The position numbers and the translations under genes are program-made. Below the pieces are notes generated by a model. That model did not search any database, was not told where the DNA came from, and saw only the letters and a list, made by a program, of their open reading frames with translations. 33,171 bases of DNA from Octopus bimaculoides (Eukaryota), in contig NC_068983.1 of the NCBI RefSeq assembly GCF_001194135.2, positions 156,460,907 to 156,494,077 of the forward strand. Direction: 5' to 3'. This document shows positions 1-11,494 of this stretch, piece after piece (the stretch's first letter is position 1; each line of letters opens with the position of its first letter).

Positions 1-61
1 CTCTCTTTACAGGGACGTAGACTAAATATATCGGCTATCAAAAGGTGGTGCAGATATATCG

Positions 62-141
62 AAGCCGTGTAGCTTATTGGTTAAAGTACTCAGCCGGTAT
101 CTGAGGGGTACATGTTCGACTTCCGTAGCCAGCTGCTGGCA

Positions 142-142
<1 letters not shown>
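62..142 (+). mobile_element. Degenerate tRNA-derived SINE head (A-box/B-box)
   Basis: GAAGCCGTGTAGCTTATTGGTTAAAG (A-box-like TAGCTTATTGG) followed about 35 nt later by GTTCGACTTCC (B-box-like). No complete cloverleaf; ends in a (TA)n/(TG)n microsatellite. Confidence 0.45.
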
Positions 143-181
<39 letters not shown>

Positions 182-319
182 CTGGCCAAATGTGTTATTT
201 CTCCTTTGCTTCTATGTAGAAACCAAAATATATGGCTACTATTCCTTTCAAGCTTTGCTTTTGTGACCCGGGTATCAATGTTTTGAAACTGATCTATCTT
301 CCATCACATTTCAGACAGA

Positions 320-560
320 TTCAGCGCTGAGTTGCTGAAGCAGAAATATCGCTATAGGAAATATTTTGCTTAACACCACAGATTTGCTTGTTAGTTACTT
401 GACCATAACCATTTGAGCATCTCCGTTAGTGGCTGGCAATATGTGCATCTCTGATCATGAGCACGAGTGTTGGGAGAGCATCCTAACCATGTGTTGAGAA
501 GGATTTTTGAGGTTCGAGTAAATATAACAAAACAGAGTCTTAAAGAAAGATTATCTATTT
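320..560. mobile_element. Interspersed repeat fragment (octopus-type SINE body, diverged)
   Basis: Segment CAGAAATATCGC...TTTTGCTTAACACCACAGATTTGCTTGTTAG...ATGTGCATCTCTGATCATGAGC...GGGAGAGCATCCTAACCATGTGTTGAGAAGG resembles a common cephalopod repeat. Recognition is from memory only; there is no second copy in the window. Confidence 0.4.
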
Positions 561-1429
561 TTCATATTTTCTTTGGGTAAACAAATAGGAAATAACAGTT
601 GCTGCCCCAAGGACAATAATGGTGTTACAGTGTCATGCACTGAAATGAAGAAGCCTTTAAACTTAGGTTTGAGTCCTCTGCTTCTTGATCATTGCTGTGA
701 CATTTACTCAGTCATATTCTCCTTTGCAGCTTTACTTTAGTTTATACTTTTGGGTTTTACCTTCTATCGTCTTACCTTTATATTTTGTAGCCTCTCATTC
801 AGCTTTGTTTCGTTTTCTTTTCATAATGTTCGTTCTTTCTCTTTTCTTCTCACACGTATTTCTTGCGCCATCTCACTTTCTAAAAGTTGACTTCATTGAA
901 GACACAAATTTGTCCGTTGTTTTGTTGGTGTTCTGTAATGGTTATTTGCATTAGTTTTCCATTATGCTTTACTTAATATATTAGTAATCCAACAGAGAAT
1001 ATTTTATAATAGTTTCCTAGTTACAGACATTCTCTGCTTAACCGAATTGTTGATAAATATAATCTTTCTGCATTTGAATTTGTTTAGTGTATTCTAAATT
1101 CAGTCAATTATTCGTCTTAGTTTTCTGTCTCGCCTTGCTAATTCACTTAGTCCATGGTTGAAAATAACATTCCTAACACTTGAGAAGATAGAGTATTTAT
1201 GCCGATAGCCCAATACTGGCATTTATCTTTGTTTAAGTATTCGCTATTTGCGGTCTGTGTTTGTATATATTTGTGAATGAATCACAGCATTCAGTACAAC
1301 GGGGAATATAGACAATTATGTTTAATAAAATCATTAGTATTTGAGGATTGTCGGCGAATGTATCTGAAACAAATATTTAAACGCCTATTTTCTCATGGTT
1401 CTTTAAATGGTTAAAGCCAGTATGTGGTA

Positions 1430-1435
<6 letters not shown>

Positions 1436-1508
<73 letters not shown>
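1436..1508. repeat. (GA)n microsatellite
   Basis: About 36 perfect AG units, read directly. Confidence 0.97.
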
Positions 1509-1510
<2 letters not shown>

Positions 1511-2174
1511 ATAGATTTCTAATAAATAACATAATGCATAACTTTCAGAAAAATAAAACAACTTAAAATCTAATAACTTTACCGATGTATTCTTCAATTT
1601 AATGAACATTTTCACTCACACATGTATAAGCGTGAATATCCACGAATTTCTATGTATATTAAAATACTCAAAACAAAGTTGCATTGAAATTTGAATGCGT
1701 GTGTGTGTGCGTGTGTGAGTGTGTGTGTATAAGTGTGTGTAGGTACACACACACGCACATACACATGCACGCACACGCACACACACACACATATGTTCTC
1801 TTCCGTTTCTATTTATATAAATTCCTTCTTACAGGAAGGAGCTGGTATCTAGCAACGATGCAAAGTTCCATCGTTGGAATATAGATAACAGAAACTATGT
1901 CACGTTTTAAACGTGACAAAAGTCTTGTATGTTTTTACTGTTTCACTTACTATATTTGTAATGTTCGAGTTAATCGACTAATCTCTTCTTCTCACTTCGG
2001 CGTTTACTCACAAGACCAAAAGCACCAGTTGTTATTGGTATAAATATGAATTATAATCTGGACATAAAAGCTGGAGACTTGGTGACAGTTGTCCATAGTA
2101 TGCACGTATATGTACATATGTATATACGCATGCATGCATGTATAATTGCACGTATGTATGTATGTATTCATATA

Positions 2175-2346
2175 GTGAATGGTAAAAACTTACTCTGCAA
2201 TGTTTGCAGTCGTGTAGGCTTGTCAAGAGCAGGGCTCATTAACCACCAACGGAGCCGCAAATGCAAAATATAAGTTAGTCCTAGAGCGCACAATGTTCCT
2301 GAAGGTCGGCAATGGTCTTCCTCGGTCACGAGTGGACGGCCATCAT
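2175..2346 (+). mobile_element. 3' end of an RTE-like non-LTR retrotransposon (C-terminal zinc-finger-like remnant plus short 3' UTR)
   Basis: Translates as NGKNLLCNVCSRVGLSRAGLINHQRSRKCKI* (stop ends 2273), matching the CxxC...S+xGLxxH+R terminal motif of many RTE-type LINEs. A short UTR follows, ending in a (GTAT)n run at 2346-2360; a (GTAT)-like repeat also lies upstream (about 2100-2170). Confidence 0.55.
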
Positions 2347-2361
2347 GTATGTATGTATGTG

Positions 2362-2500
2362 AGCAGGCATGGCTGTATAGACAAGAACTTTGTTTCATAT
2401 CCATGTAGCTTCCAGATCATCCCTTTTTGCGCGGTTCCTTGGTCAAGTGACATCTGTTATATCCCTGAAAGACGAGCACTGTATACCGCGGTTGGTGATG
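2362..2500 (+). mobile_element. SINE family 2, highly diverged copy
   Basis: GCAGGCATGGCTGTATAGACAAGAACTTTGTTTC...TTCCTTGGTCAAGTGACATCTGTTAT aligns loosely by eye to the better preserved copy at 29482-29644. Confidence 0.5.
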
Positions 2501-2534
2501 ATAAGGATGCGTGACTAGCAATCTTTCATAGACA

Positions 2535-2762
2535 GGGAGCAGCTGTGGTCTCCTTTTCTAAGCCACGTATTTCTACAGCTCATCTCTTTAACGGCTTCAT
2601 CTGTTGTTTCGTTGAAAAAAAATTTCCGTGTACGACTTTCTCTTTCCACTTGAAGTTCTTTTCTCGGTTATGGTCTTTTCCATCAGATAGCCATGCAAGG
2701 ACTTGATTTCCTTCAAAACACTATCTTCTAATCCAACCAGTCCTCTTCCACTTACCTTCTTA
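2535..2762 (-). mobile_element. R4/Dong-like non-LTR retrotransposon fragment (post-RT region, frameshifted)
   Basis: Minus-strand translation across frameshifts: KKVSGRGLVGLEDSVLKEIKSLHGYL / KWKEKVVHGNFF / ETTDEAVKEMSCRNTWLRKGD. This matches the family pattern RKEGGRGL..EDxV...SL..Y...WKEKxLHGQF...WLRKGD. Confidence 0.7.
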
Positions 2763-2817
2763 TGTTACTTGCAGTACGAAGGTACCCATGCATAACCATT
2801 ACTTTTCTAGTTTTTCT

Positions 2818-2820
<3 letters not shown>

Positions 2821-2866
<46 letters not shown>

Positions 2867-2888
2867 TTCATCATTCTCATCATCATTC

Positions 2889-2931
<43 letters not shown>

Positions 2932-2950
2932 TATCAACATCATCTTCATC
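2821..2950. repeat. (CAT)n microsatellite with CTT/TCT interruptions
   Basis: Read directly; it generates the poly-Met, poly-Ile and poly-His ORFs in the track. Confidence 0.95.
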
Positions 2951-3544
2951 ATTATCTTCCTTATCGTGGAAGTATACCATACCATTATTTTGTTTTCTTT
3001 TTCTTTAACTATTTTTTTCCAGTGTGAACCATTTGAAAGGATAATGTTTACAAACATCATGTTACGTAAATTTTGTAGCTCACGATACAAAAATTGTTAT
3101 CAATACTTTCTAGTCCGGCCCTGCTTTTGTACTTGATAGATTTTCCCATCAACCTAATTGTTGTTTTGAAGCCTACATTTTATTTCAATTTCATTTCCCT
3201 TTCTTTTGCTTGTAGAGAAACAATTACCTTTCTATCGTTTGTATTGAACTAGTTCCTTCGATTTATTTCCTTTAGATCTTCGATTTATTTCCTTTTCTGG
3301 TACGTGTTTTTTTAAAAAATCATATAAGTGTCTAACAAGTATTATTTGTACTTACAGCTGTTGTTCTGTTTTCTTTGCATTTATATCCCCATTTCACTTT
3401 GATTTGTTTATATGTTCACAACATTTATGCACATATTATCACAACATTTTAGCAGCATATTTTGAATATTATATTCGCAATTATTTCTGTGAAATAACAA
3501 TTAACTGTTTTCGGTTAGTTTTGAAATTGGCGATGAATTGAAGT

Positions 3545-4432
3545 CTATTATTAGTATTATTATTATTATTCTTATCATCAGCAGCAGCATCCTTATCATC
3601 GTTATCATGTTCAGTCTCTTCGCCCTTCGTTGCTGACCTGCAGATATTGAGTTTCAAGATAAGAAGTTGAAATTCCGTAAACTTAGGTATAAGGGACTTT
3701 TTTCGTAATCTTCTTATGCTCGCAAACATATTTTCTGTAGTACCAGGATATTCATCTCAATATTCAACATCGTCAATTAGCCACACAAATTGCTTTGCAC
3801 AGTCCCTAAGCATTCTATTGCAATTAGGATAGCAATAACTTAATTCCATATTTTTCGAAGATTGAACAAGTGTCGATTGTGTGTTCCACAAGTACTTCGT
3901 TTTGAGCTAGGTCTTGATAGTTCTCAATTTTCAAAGTTTCATTAATATTCATTTAGCTATCATATAGTGTTGCAAAGTCAATGATCTTCGGCTTTTTTCT
4001 ATCTTAAAGCCCATATCCGGTCTCCTTGCTTCAAAAATATAAACAGTTTCTATAGAGAAACCCCACCAATTTTGTAATTACAATTTAACAACACGTCTGG
4101 TTCATGGTCATACTTCTTTTATGTCATTCGAATTCACAAACTTACTTAGATTGAGATTCACTCCTTCACGGCTATTCACTTTAGAGATGGTTAATACTTT
4201 CGTCACCTTTTCTAAACATTCTACATTTACAATCTCACTGAGGTTCATCAACCTTTGTGTTTATGGAATTCGTTAGAATGGGTTTTCCTTGAGCACCTAT
4301 AAGCAGCGATTTAGTTGCTCGTTTCTGGTTTCCGTTTTCAGTAACAACTGTTTTCTTTACTTCGAAAATACTCGAATTGTTGCATGAATCAGATATATAA
4401 TATATTCTCTTTCCAGTTCTTTGTTCTTTCAT
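3545..4432 (-). mobile_element. R4/Dong-like non-LTR retrotransposon, 3' portion (CCHC knuckle plus restriction-like endonuclease), pseudogenised, with (AAT)-type tail
   Basis: Minus-strand remnants in the expected order: WKENIL (~4415); ENGNQKRATKSLLIGAQGKPILTNSINTKVDEPQ*DCKCRMFRKGDESINHL (~4340-4190, decayed CRxC..E...H knuckle); a frameshifted DHEPDVLL..YKI / WWGFSIETVYIFEARRPDM (~4110-4010, RPD catalytic motif); IIDFATLYD...ETLKIENYQDLA (~3985-3905); ASIRRLRKKSL (~3725-3690). Then a 3' UTR ending in GAT/AAT repeats at about 3545-3600. Confidence 0.8.
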
Positions 4433-4690
4433 TCTGTTGTTGAATTCTTACATTGTTTTAGCATCATTATATTTATTGGTATTAAGATAGCTAGCTGGCA
4501 GAATACTTAATGCGCCATAGAGAAGGATTTGAACCATTTCATCCGGCTATTTACCTTGAGTTCTAATTCAATTCTGCTGAGATCATCATTGCGCTTCAAC
4601 CCTCTGCAATTGATAAAACACATCTACACTGATATGCTGGAGTCGATAAAATCGACTAAACCCTCATCATTAAAGCTACTGGACATAGGT

Positions 4691-4692
<2 letters not shown>

Positions 4693-4750
<58 letters not shown>

Positions 4751-4880
4751 TACTACTAATACTGCTGCTGCTGCTACTACTAGTACTCCTGCTGCTGCTG
4801 CTGCTGCTATTGTACTGCTGGTTTGCTGCTGCTGCTGCTACTACTGCTACAACCACTACTATTAACACTATTATTATTAT
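4693..4880. repeat. Compound (CTA)n/(CTG)n/(TTA)n microsatellite
   Basis: Read directly; source of the poly-Tyr and poly-Ser ORFs. Confidence 0.93.
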
Positions 4881-5439
4881 GTTTGTCGCACAGCATTCGT
4901 TGCTGGCAGCGTAATACAGAGGCCAACCTTCAACGACCAGTGGACTGAAGTGTCACCTTTTACTGTCAAGCACTGCACTTCTGGAAGTATTCTAACTACA
5001 TCTTCATGTAACACTTCGTAGACTATGTATATGAGATGTTGAGTGTTACAAGTTCGGGTGCCGATTTTGTAAAAGCATACCCAGGAACGTGTTTCATTTG
5101 TAAAATGGCCTTCTTCGGAATTGAAGACATAGTTGCATCCCATACTCAACATAACCTCGAATTATCTATTGTACAGCTTTCCACAAATTCCTCAATATTC
5201 ATTTGTGAATGAAATTAGTGTGACTGGTGTTTTATTAGAAAAATGCGTGTCAAAGGTGAAAACTATCCAGGCAAGTGTCGCCTTAGAGTTTCAGCTTAAG
5301 ATCAATAATAAATCATTGCGAGTATAATCCCAGATATGTATTGGGCAAGTATTCCTTTTCCTTTTAGTAATTATATATGTGCCTAAGGGATAAATCACAT
5401 GCGTGTGTATTTATGTATTATATGCATGCATACATACGT

Positions 5440-5509
5440 TGCACACACATACGCACACACACGCACACACACACATACATACAAAGACAGACACGCACAC
5501 ACACACAAA

Positions 5510-5591
<82 letters not shown>

Positions 5592-6598
5592 NNNNNNNNN
5601 NNNNNNNNNNNNNNNNNNNNNNNNNNNNNNNNNNNNNNNNNNNNNNNNNNNNNNNNNNNNNNNNNNNNNNNNNNNNNNNNNNNNNNNNNNNNNNNNNNNN
5701 NNNNNNNNNNNNNNNNNNNNNNNNNNNNNNNNNNNNNNNNNNNNNNNNNNNNNNNNNNNNNNNNNNNNNNNNNNNNNNNNNNNNNNNNNNNNNNNNNNNN
5801 NNNNNNNNNNNNNNNNNNNNNNNNNNNNNNNNNNNNNNNNNNNNNNNNNNNNNNNNNNNNNNNNNNNNNNNNNNNNNNNNNNNNNNNNNNNNNNNNNNNN
5901 NNNNNNNNNNNNNNNNNNNNNNNNNNNNNNNNNNNNNNNNNNNNNNNNNNNNNNNNNNNNNNNNNNNNNNNNNNNNNNNNNNNNNNNNNNNNNNNNNNNN
6001 NNNNNNNNNNNNNNNNNNNNNNNNNNNNNNNNNNNNNNNNNNNNNNNNNNNNNNNNNNNNNNNNNNNNNNNNNNNNNNNNNNNNNNNNNNNNNNNNNNNN
6101 NNNNNNNNNNNNNNNNNNNNNNNNNNNNNNNNNNNNNNNNNNNNNNNNNNNNNNNNNNNNNNNNNNNNNNNNNNNNNNNNNNNNNNNNNNNNNNNNNNNN
6201 NNNNNNNNNNNNNNNNNNNNNNNNNNNNNNNNNNNNNNNNNNNNNNNNNNNNNNNNNNNNNNNNNNNNNNNNNNNNNNNNNNNNNNNNNNNNNNNNNNNN
6301 NNNNNNNNNNNNNNNNNNNNNNNNNNNNNNNNNNNNNNNNNNNNNNNNNNNNNNNNNNNNNNNNNNNNNNNNNNNNNNNNNNNNNNNNNNNNNNNNNNNN
6401 NNNNNNNNNNNNNNNNNNNNNNNNNNNNNNNNNNNNNNNNNNNNNNNNNNNNNNNNNNNNNNNNNNNNNNNNNNNNNNNNNNNNNNNNNNNNNNNNNNNN
6501 NNNNNNNNNNNNNNNNNNNNNNNNNNNNNNNNNNNNNNNNNNNNNNNNNNNNNNNNNNNNNNNNNNNNNNNNNNNNNNNNNNATATATATATATATAC
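5440..6598. repeat. (CA)n-(TA)n microsatellite spanning an assembly gap (N 5592-6582)
   Basis: CA run, then TA run on both sides of a 991-nt N block. Confidence 0.9.
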
Positions 6599-7949
6599 AA
6601 TATTAAAGATTCAGTAGAGAATCAGGTGCTTAAATGATAGGCACCAGTTTAGGTCGAACTAACTTACAAACACCACTTTCAGGCGAATAAATATGGTGGG
6701 CACTGAAGTACATCTAGGAGATTCAGAATATGCATACGGAGAATTTATCCCTTAGGTGTATTTAACGCCTAGGGGCTGGTCCAAACGGCACGTTGTGTAC
6801 GTAGCACGATGTTTAGCATACTGCAGTATGTCCGATGGGTCGTGAAATCCCTATTTGTGTATTATGAGTAATTAAATAAATTACAAACAATGAATAAATT
6901 TCAGTTCATTATAGCTGTTTCTAACACATTTTTTAATATTAATGACAATATTACATCATAGCAAAGAACCGTTTTCATCAGATGATACATAGAATTTCAA
7001 ATAAGAGAACAACCCATGAACACAGTTGGACACAACTAAACACCATCTCAAACTGACCAGGAATGAGAGAACAAGCATAAGGCTATAAATGACCATTAAA
7101 AGAGCTTGAAAGACATAGAGTTTAGTTAGTGGGTAGGAATAACAGGAAATTTATGGCCACCGTACCCGTTAGGGTGCATATCAAGAGTGGGGGATGGAAG
7201 ATGGAGTCAGTTAGACTGATTCATTATCAACACCTAGAGATGAAGTATAGATAATTATTTAAGTATCTTAATGCTATTCATTTTATTACACTAGGATTTG
7301 AAATATGAATAGCAAGAATTTAACCCAAAATAAAGTAATTAAAATGCAATTAAACATTCAATATGAGTGCAACATACACTTATGTAAAGTTAAAATTTAA
7401 CAGAAGGAGAAAGGGACACCAATCATAATTTAGAGTTATACGGGAGATGGTGNNNNNNNNNNNNNNNNNNNNNNNNNNNNNNNNNNNNNNNNNNNNNNNN
7501 NNNNNNNNNNNNNNNNNNNNNNNNNNNNNNNNNNNNNNNNNNNNNNNNNNNNNNNNNNNNNNNNNNNNNNNNNNNNNNNNNNNNNNNNNNNNNNNNNNNN
7601 NNNNNNNNNNNNNNNNNNNNNNNNNNNNNNNNNNNNNNNNNNNNNNNNNNNNNNNNNNNNNNNNNNNNNNNNNNNNNNNNNNNNNNNNNNNNNNNNNNNN
7701 NNNNNNNNNNNNNNNNNNNNNNNNNNNNNNNNNNNNNNNNNNNNNNNNNNNNNNNNNNNNNNNNNNNNNNNNNNNNNNNNNNNNNNNNNNNNNNNNNNNN
7801 NNNNNNNNNNNNNNNNNNNNNNNNNNNNNNNNNNNNNNNNNNNNNNNNNNNNNNNNNNNNNNNNNNNNNNNNNNNNNNNNNNNNNNNNNNNNNNNNNNNN
7901 NNNNNNNNNNNNNNNNNNNNNNNNNNNNNNNNNNNNNNNNNNNNNNNNN

Positions 7950-8050
7950 CAGTTACGCACTGGGGGGTCGATGTAATCGACTTAATCCGTGTTTGTCTGT
8001 CCTTGTTTGTCCCCTCTGTATGTAGCCCCTTGTGGGTAGTAAAGAAATAA
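7950..8050 (+). mobile_element. SINE family 1, 3' half with tail type c (5' part lost in gap 7453-7949)
   Basis: CAGTTACGCACTGGGGGGTCGATGTAATCGACTTAATCCGTGTTTGTCTGTCCTTGTTTGTCCCCTCTGTATGTAGCCCCTTGTGGGTAGTAAAGAAATAA is near-identical to 13477-13573. Confidence 0.88.
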
Positions 8051-8165
8051 CACATATATATATATGTGTGTGTGTGTGTGTGTATACATATATATATACA
8101 CACACACGTATATATATGCACACATTCATGCATACATAATACATACATACATACATACATACATA

Positions 8166-8310
8166 CGACGGGCTTCTTTCGGCTTCCGTCTACCAAATCT
8201 ACTCAGAAAGCTTTGCTTGGTCCAGGGCTAAAGTAAAGGACACTTGCCCAAAGTGTCACGCAGTGAGACTGAACCCGGAACCATGTGTTTGGGAAGCGAT
8301 CTTCTTACCA
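8166..8310 (-). mobile_element. SINE family 2 (tRNA-derived), 5' part
   Basis: The reverse complement reads ...GGTAAGAAGATCGCTTCCCAAACACATGGTTCCGGGTTCAGTCTCACTGCGTGACACTTTGGGCAAGTGTCC...GGTAGACGGAAGCCGAAAGAAGCCCGTCG, colinear with 29482-29644. Confidence 0.82.
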
Positions 8311-8472
8311 GCCGGTCATGATTACGTCTACATATAGAGAAAGAGACATGCGTATTTGTGTTTGCTTGCGGGGTGTATATGCTTAAAGATAAGGTGCACA
8401 TGTGTGTGTTTGGGTGTATGTGCAGTGTTATGCACAAATGCTTTATTTTCTGTGTATGTATGTTTGTGTGCA

Positions 8473-8504
<32 letters not shown>

Positions 8505-9796
8505 NNNNNNNNNNNNNNNNNNNNNNNNNNNNNNNNNNNNNNNNNNNNNNNNNNNNNNNNNNNNNNNNNNNNNNNNNNNNNNNNNNNNNNNNNNNNNNNN
8601 NNNNNNNNNNNNNNNNNNNNNNNNNNNNNNNNNNNNNNNNNNNNNNNNNNNNNNNNNNNNNNNNNNNNNNNNNNNNNNNNNNNNNNNNNNNNNNNNNNNN
8701 NNNNNNNNNNNNNNNNNNNNNNNNNNNNNNNNNNNNNNNNNNNNNNNNNNNNNNNNNNNNNNNNNNNNNNNNNNNNNNNNNNNNNNNNNNNNNNNNNNNN
8801 NNNNNNNNNNNNNNNNNNNNNNNNNNNNNNNNNNNNNNNNNNNNNNNNNNNNNNNNNNNNNNNNNNNNNNNNNNNNNNNNNNNNNNNNNNNNNNNNNNNN
8901 NNNNNNNNNNNNNNNNNNNNNNNNNNNNNNNNNNNNNNNNNNNNNNNNNNNNNNNNNNNNNNNNNNNNNNNNNNNNNNNNNNNNNNNNNNNNNNNNNNNN
9001 NNNNNNNNNNNNNNNNNNNNNNNNNNNNNNNNNNNNNNNNNNNNNNNNNNNNNNNNNNNNNNNNNNNNNNNNNNNNNNNNNNNNNNNNNNNNNNNNNNNN
9101 NNNNNNNNNNNNNNNNNNNNNNNNNNNNNNNNNNNNNNNNNNNNNNNNNNNNNNNNNNNNNNNNNNNNNNNNNNNNNNNNNNNNNNNNNNNNNNNNNNNN
9201 NNNNNNNNNNNNNNNNNNNNNNNNNNNNNNNNNNNNNNNNNNNNNNNNNNNNNNNAGAGAGAAATACTGATTATACATATGCGCATGTGCTTATAATGAA
9301 TCCTTTTTTTCCCTAAGATTTATTATATTATATTTGTATATATAATTCTTTTTATTTCATATTCATTGGCTTTTCGCAATAAGTTAAAGAAAATAGTGAT
9401 ACATTCACATGCACACACATGCACACACACACACACACATGTATATATATATATATAAATGTTTGTATTTACGTATGTATGCATATATATGAGTATATCT
9501 GTGTGATTGTATATATACATATATGCATACGCACATAGATACGCATAAATAATAGTTGCATATATTAACTTGAAATATAGATCAATTTGGACGACGGGGC
9601 AGAAAAGGCCAAAACATATTTAGTGGAAGAAAATAAGATTGTGTGATGTTCATGCCTTACTGTAATTCTGTAATTTTATAGTATTGACTATATTCTGAAT
9701 AAGAATCTATACGTATAGTCACAGATATAAAGACATGAGTATATATATGCATATGAATATATATATATGTACATATATACATATACATATATATGC

Positions 9797-9850
<54 letters not shown>

Positions 9851-9975
9851 NNNNNNNNNNATGTGTGTGTGTGTGTGTGATTATAAATAGATATACCTAT
9901 ATACGTATAAATCTGTGTATATATGTATAAATGTATGTATCTAATATAACTGCACATATGAATCTAGTTATGGAG

Positions 9976-10023
<48 letters not shown>

Positions 10024-10186
10024 GTTTGCTTCTGTATCGATATCTCAAGTCATCTCTCTCCCTTTCTTCCGCTCTCTCTCTCCCTCTCTCTTTCTCTCTC
10101 TCTCTCTCTCACTCTCTCACTGTATATACATGTAATAGATAGATAGGAATTGAATGTTACAATGGGCGGTTTTGTTTTTTTTTCAG

Positions 10187-10337
10187 TTCGGAAGGGTTTC
10201 ATGATCCACACGCAAATTTTGTATTCCATGAAATTACCTCTTCCAGTATAATCGAGCCAGTGAAAGGAGACGAAAGTCTCTGTGGTATAAATGATTCGAA
10301 TTCAAATATTACTGAGACTAGATATTCCACAAAATAA
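10187..10337 (+). CDS. Candidate isolated coding exon, unknown product
   Basis: Strong acceptor TTTTGTTTTTTTTTCAG ending 10186. One frame stays open for 49 codons (t+SEGFHDPHANFVFHEITSSSIIEPVKGDESLCGINDSNSNITETRYSTK) to TAA at 10335-10337. Complex, non-repetitive sequence. A possible earlier donor TGTG|GTATAA follows 10284. No homology recognised. Confidence 0.3.
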
Positions 10338-10541
10338 ACCAATATTGCTGTCACGACAGCTTCGTCTTTTTTAACGTCATATCGTGCGCTTACCATCGTG
10401 GTCGGGATCATCATCAACATTAGAATATATTGTTGATCATCATGGCGATGACGATGATTAGCCGACCATAACTAAATGCCTTGTTTTATCGTTTGCCATA
10501 CACACACACATATTTATATGCATATATCTATCTATACACAC

Positions 10542-10577
<36 letters not shown>

Positions 10578-11401
10578 NNNNNNNNNNNNNNNNNNNNNNN
10601 NNNNNNNNNNNNNNNNNNNNNNNNNNNNNNNNNNNNNNNNNNNNNNNNNNNNNNNNNNNNNNNNNNNNNNNNNNNNNNNNNNNNNNNNNNNNNNNNNNNN
10701 NNNNNNNNNNNNNNNNNNNNNNNNNNNNNNNNNNNNNNNNNNNNNNNNNNNNNNNNNNNNNNNNNNNNNNNNNNNNNNNNNNNNNNNNNNNNNNNNNNNN
10801 NNNNNNNNNNNNNNNNNNNNNNNNNNNNNNNNNNNNNNNNNNNNNNNNNNNNNNNNNNNNNNNNNNNNNNNNNNNNNNNNNNNNNNNNNNNNNNNNNNNN
10901 NNNNNNNNNNNNNNNNNNNNNNNNNNNNNNNNNNNNNNNNNNNNNNNNNNNNNNNNNNNNNNNNNNNNNNNNNNNNNNNNNNNNNNNNNNNNNNNNNNNN
11001 NNNNNNNNNNNNNNNNNNNNNNNNNNNNNNNNNNNNNNNNNNNNNNNNNNNNNNNNNNNNNNNNNNNNNNNNNNNNNNNNNNNNNNNNNNNNNNNNNNNN
11101 NNNNNNNNNNNNNNNNNNNNNNNNNNNNNNNNNNNNNNNNNNNNNNNNNNNNNNNNNNNNNNNNNNNNNNNNNNNNNNNNNNNNNNNNNNNNNNNNNNNN
11201 NNNNNNNNNNNNNNNNNNNNNNNNNNNNNNNNNNNNNNNNNNNNNNNNNNNNNNNNNNNNNNNNNNNNNNNNNNNNNNNNNNNNNNNNNNNNNNNNNNNN
11301 NNNNNNNNNNNNNNNNNNNNNNNNNNNNNNNNNNNNNNNNNNNNNNNNNNNNNNNNNNNNNNNNNNNNNNNNNNNNNNNNNNNNNNNNTATATATATACA
11401 T

Positions 11402-11461
<60 letters not shown>

Positions 11462-11494
11462 TAAGTCTAACAGATTCACAGAGCACTGGTCAGC

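Noticed and set aside
680-1250. T-rich strand-biased tract suggesting a decayed minus-strand LINE
   Set aside because: Compositionally plausible, but no diagnostic endonuclease or RT motif could be recovered.
2752-3136. Poly-Met, poly-Ile and poly-His ORFs
   Set aside because: These are frames of the (CAT)n microsatellite; there are no splice signals or domain context.
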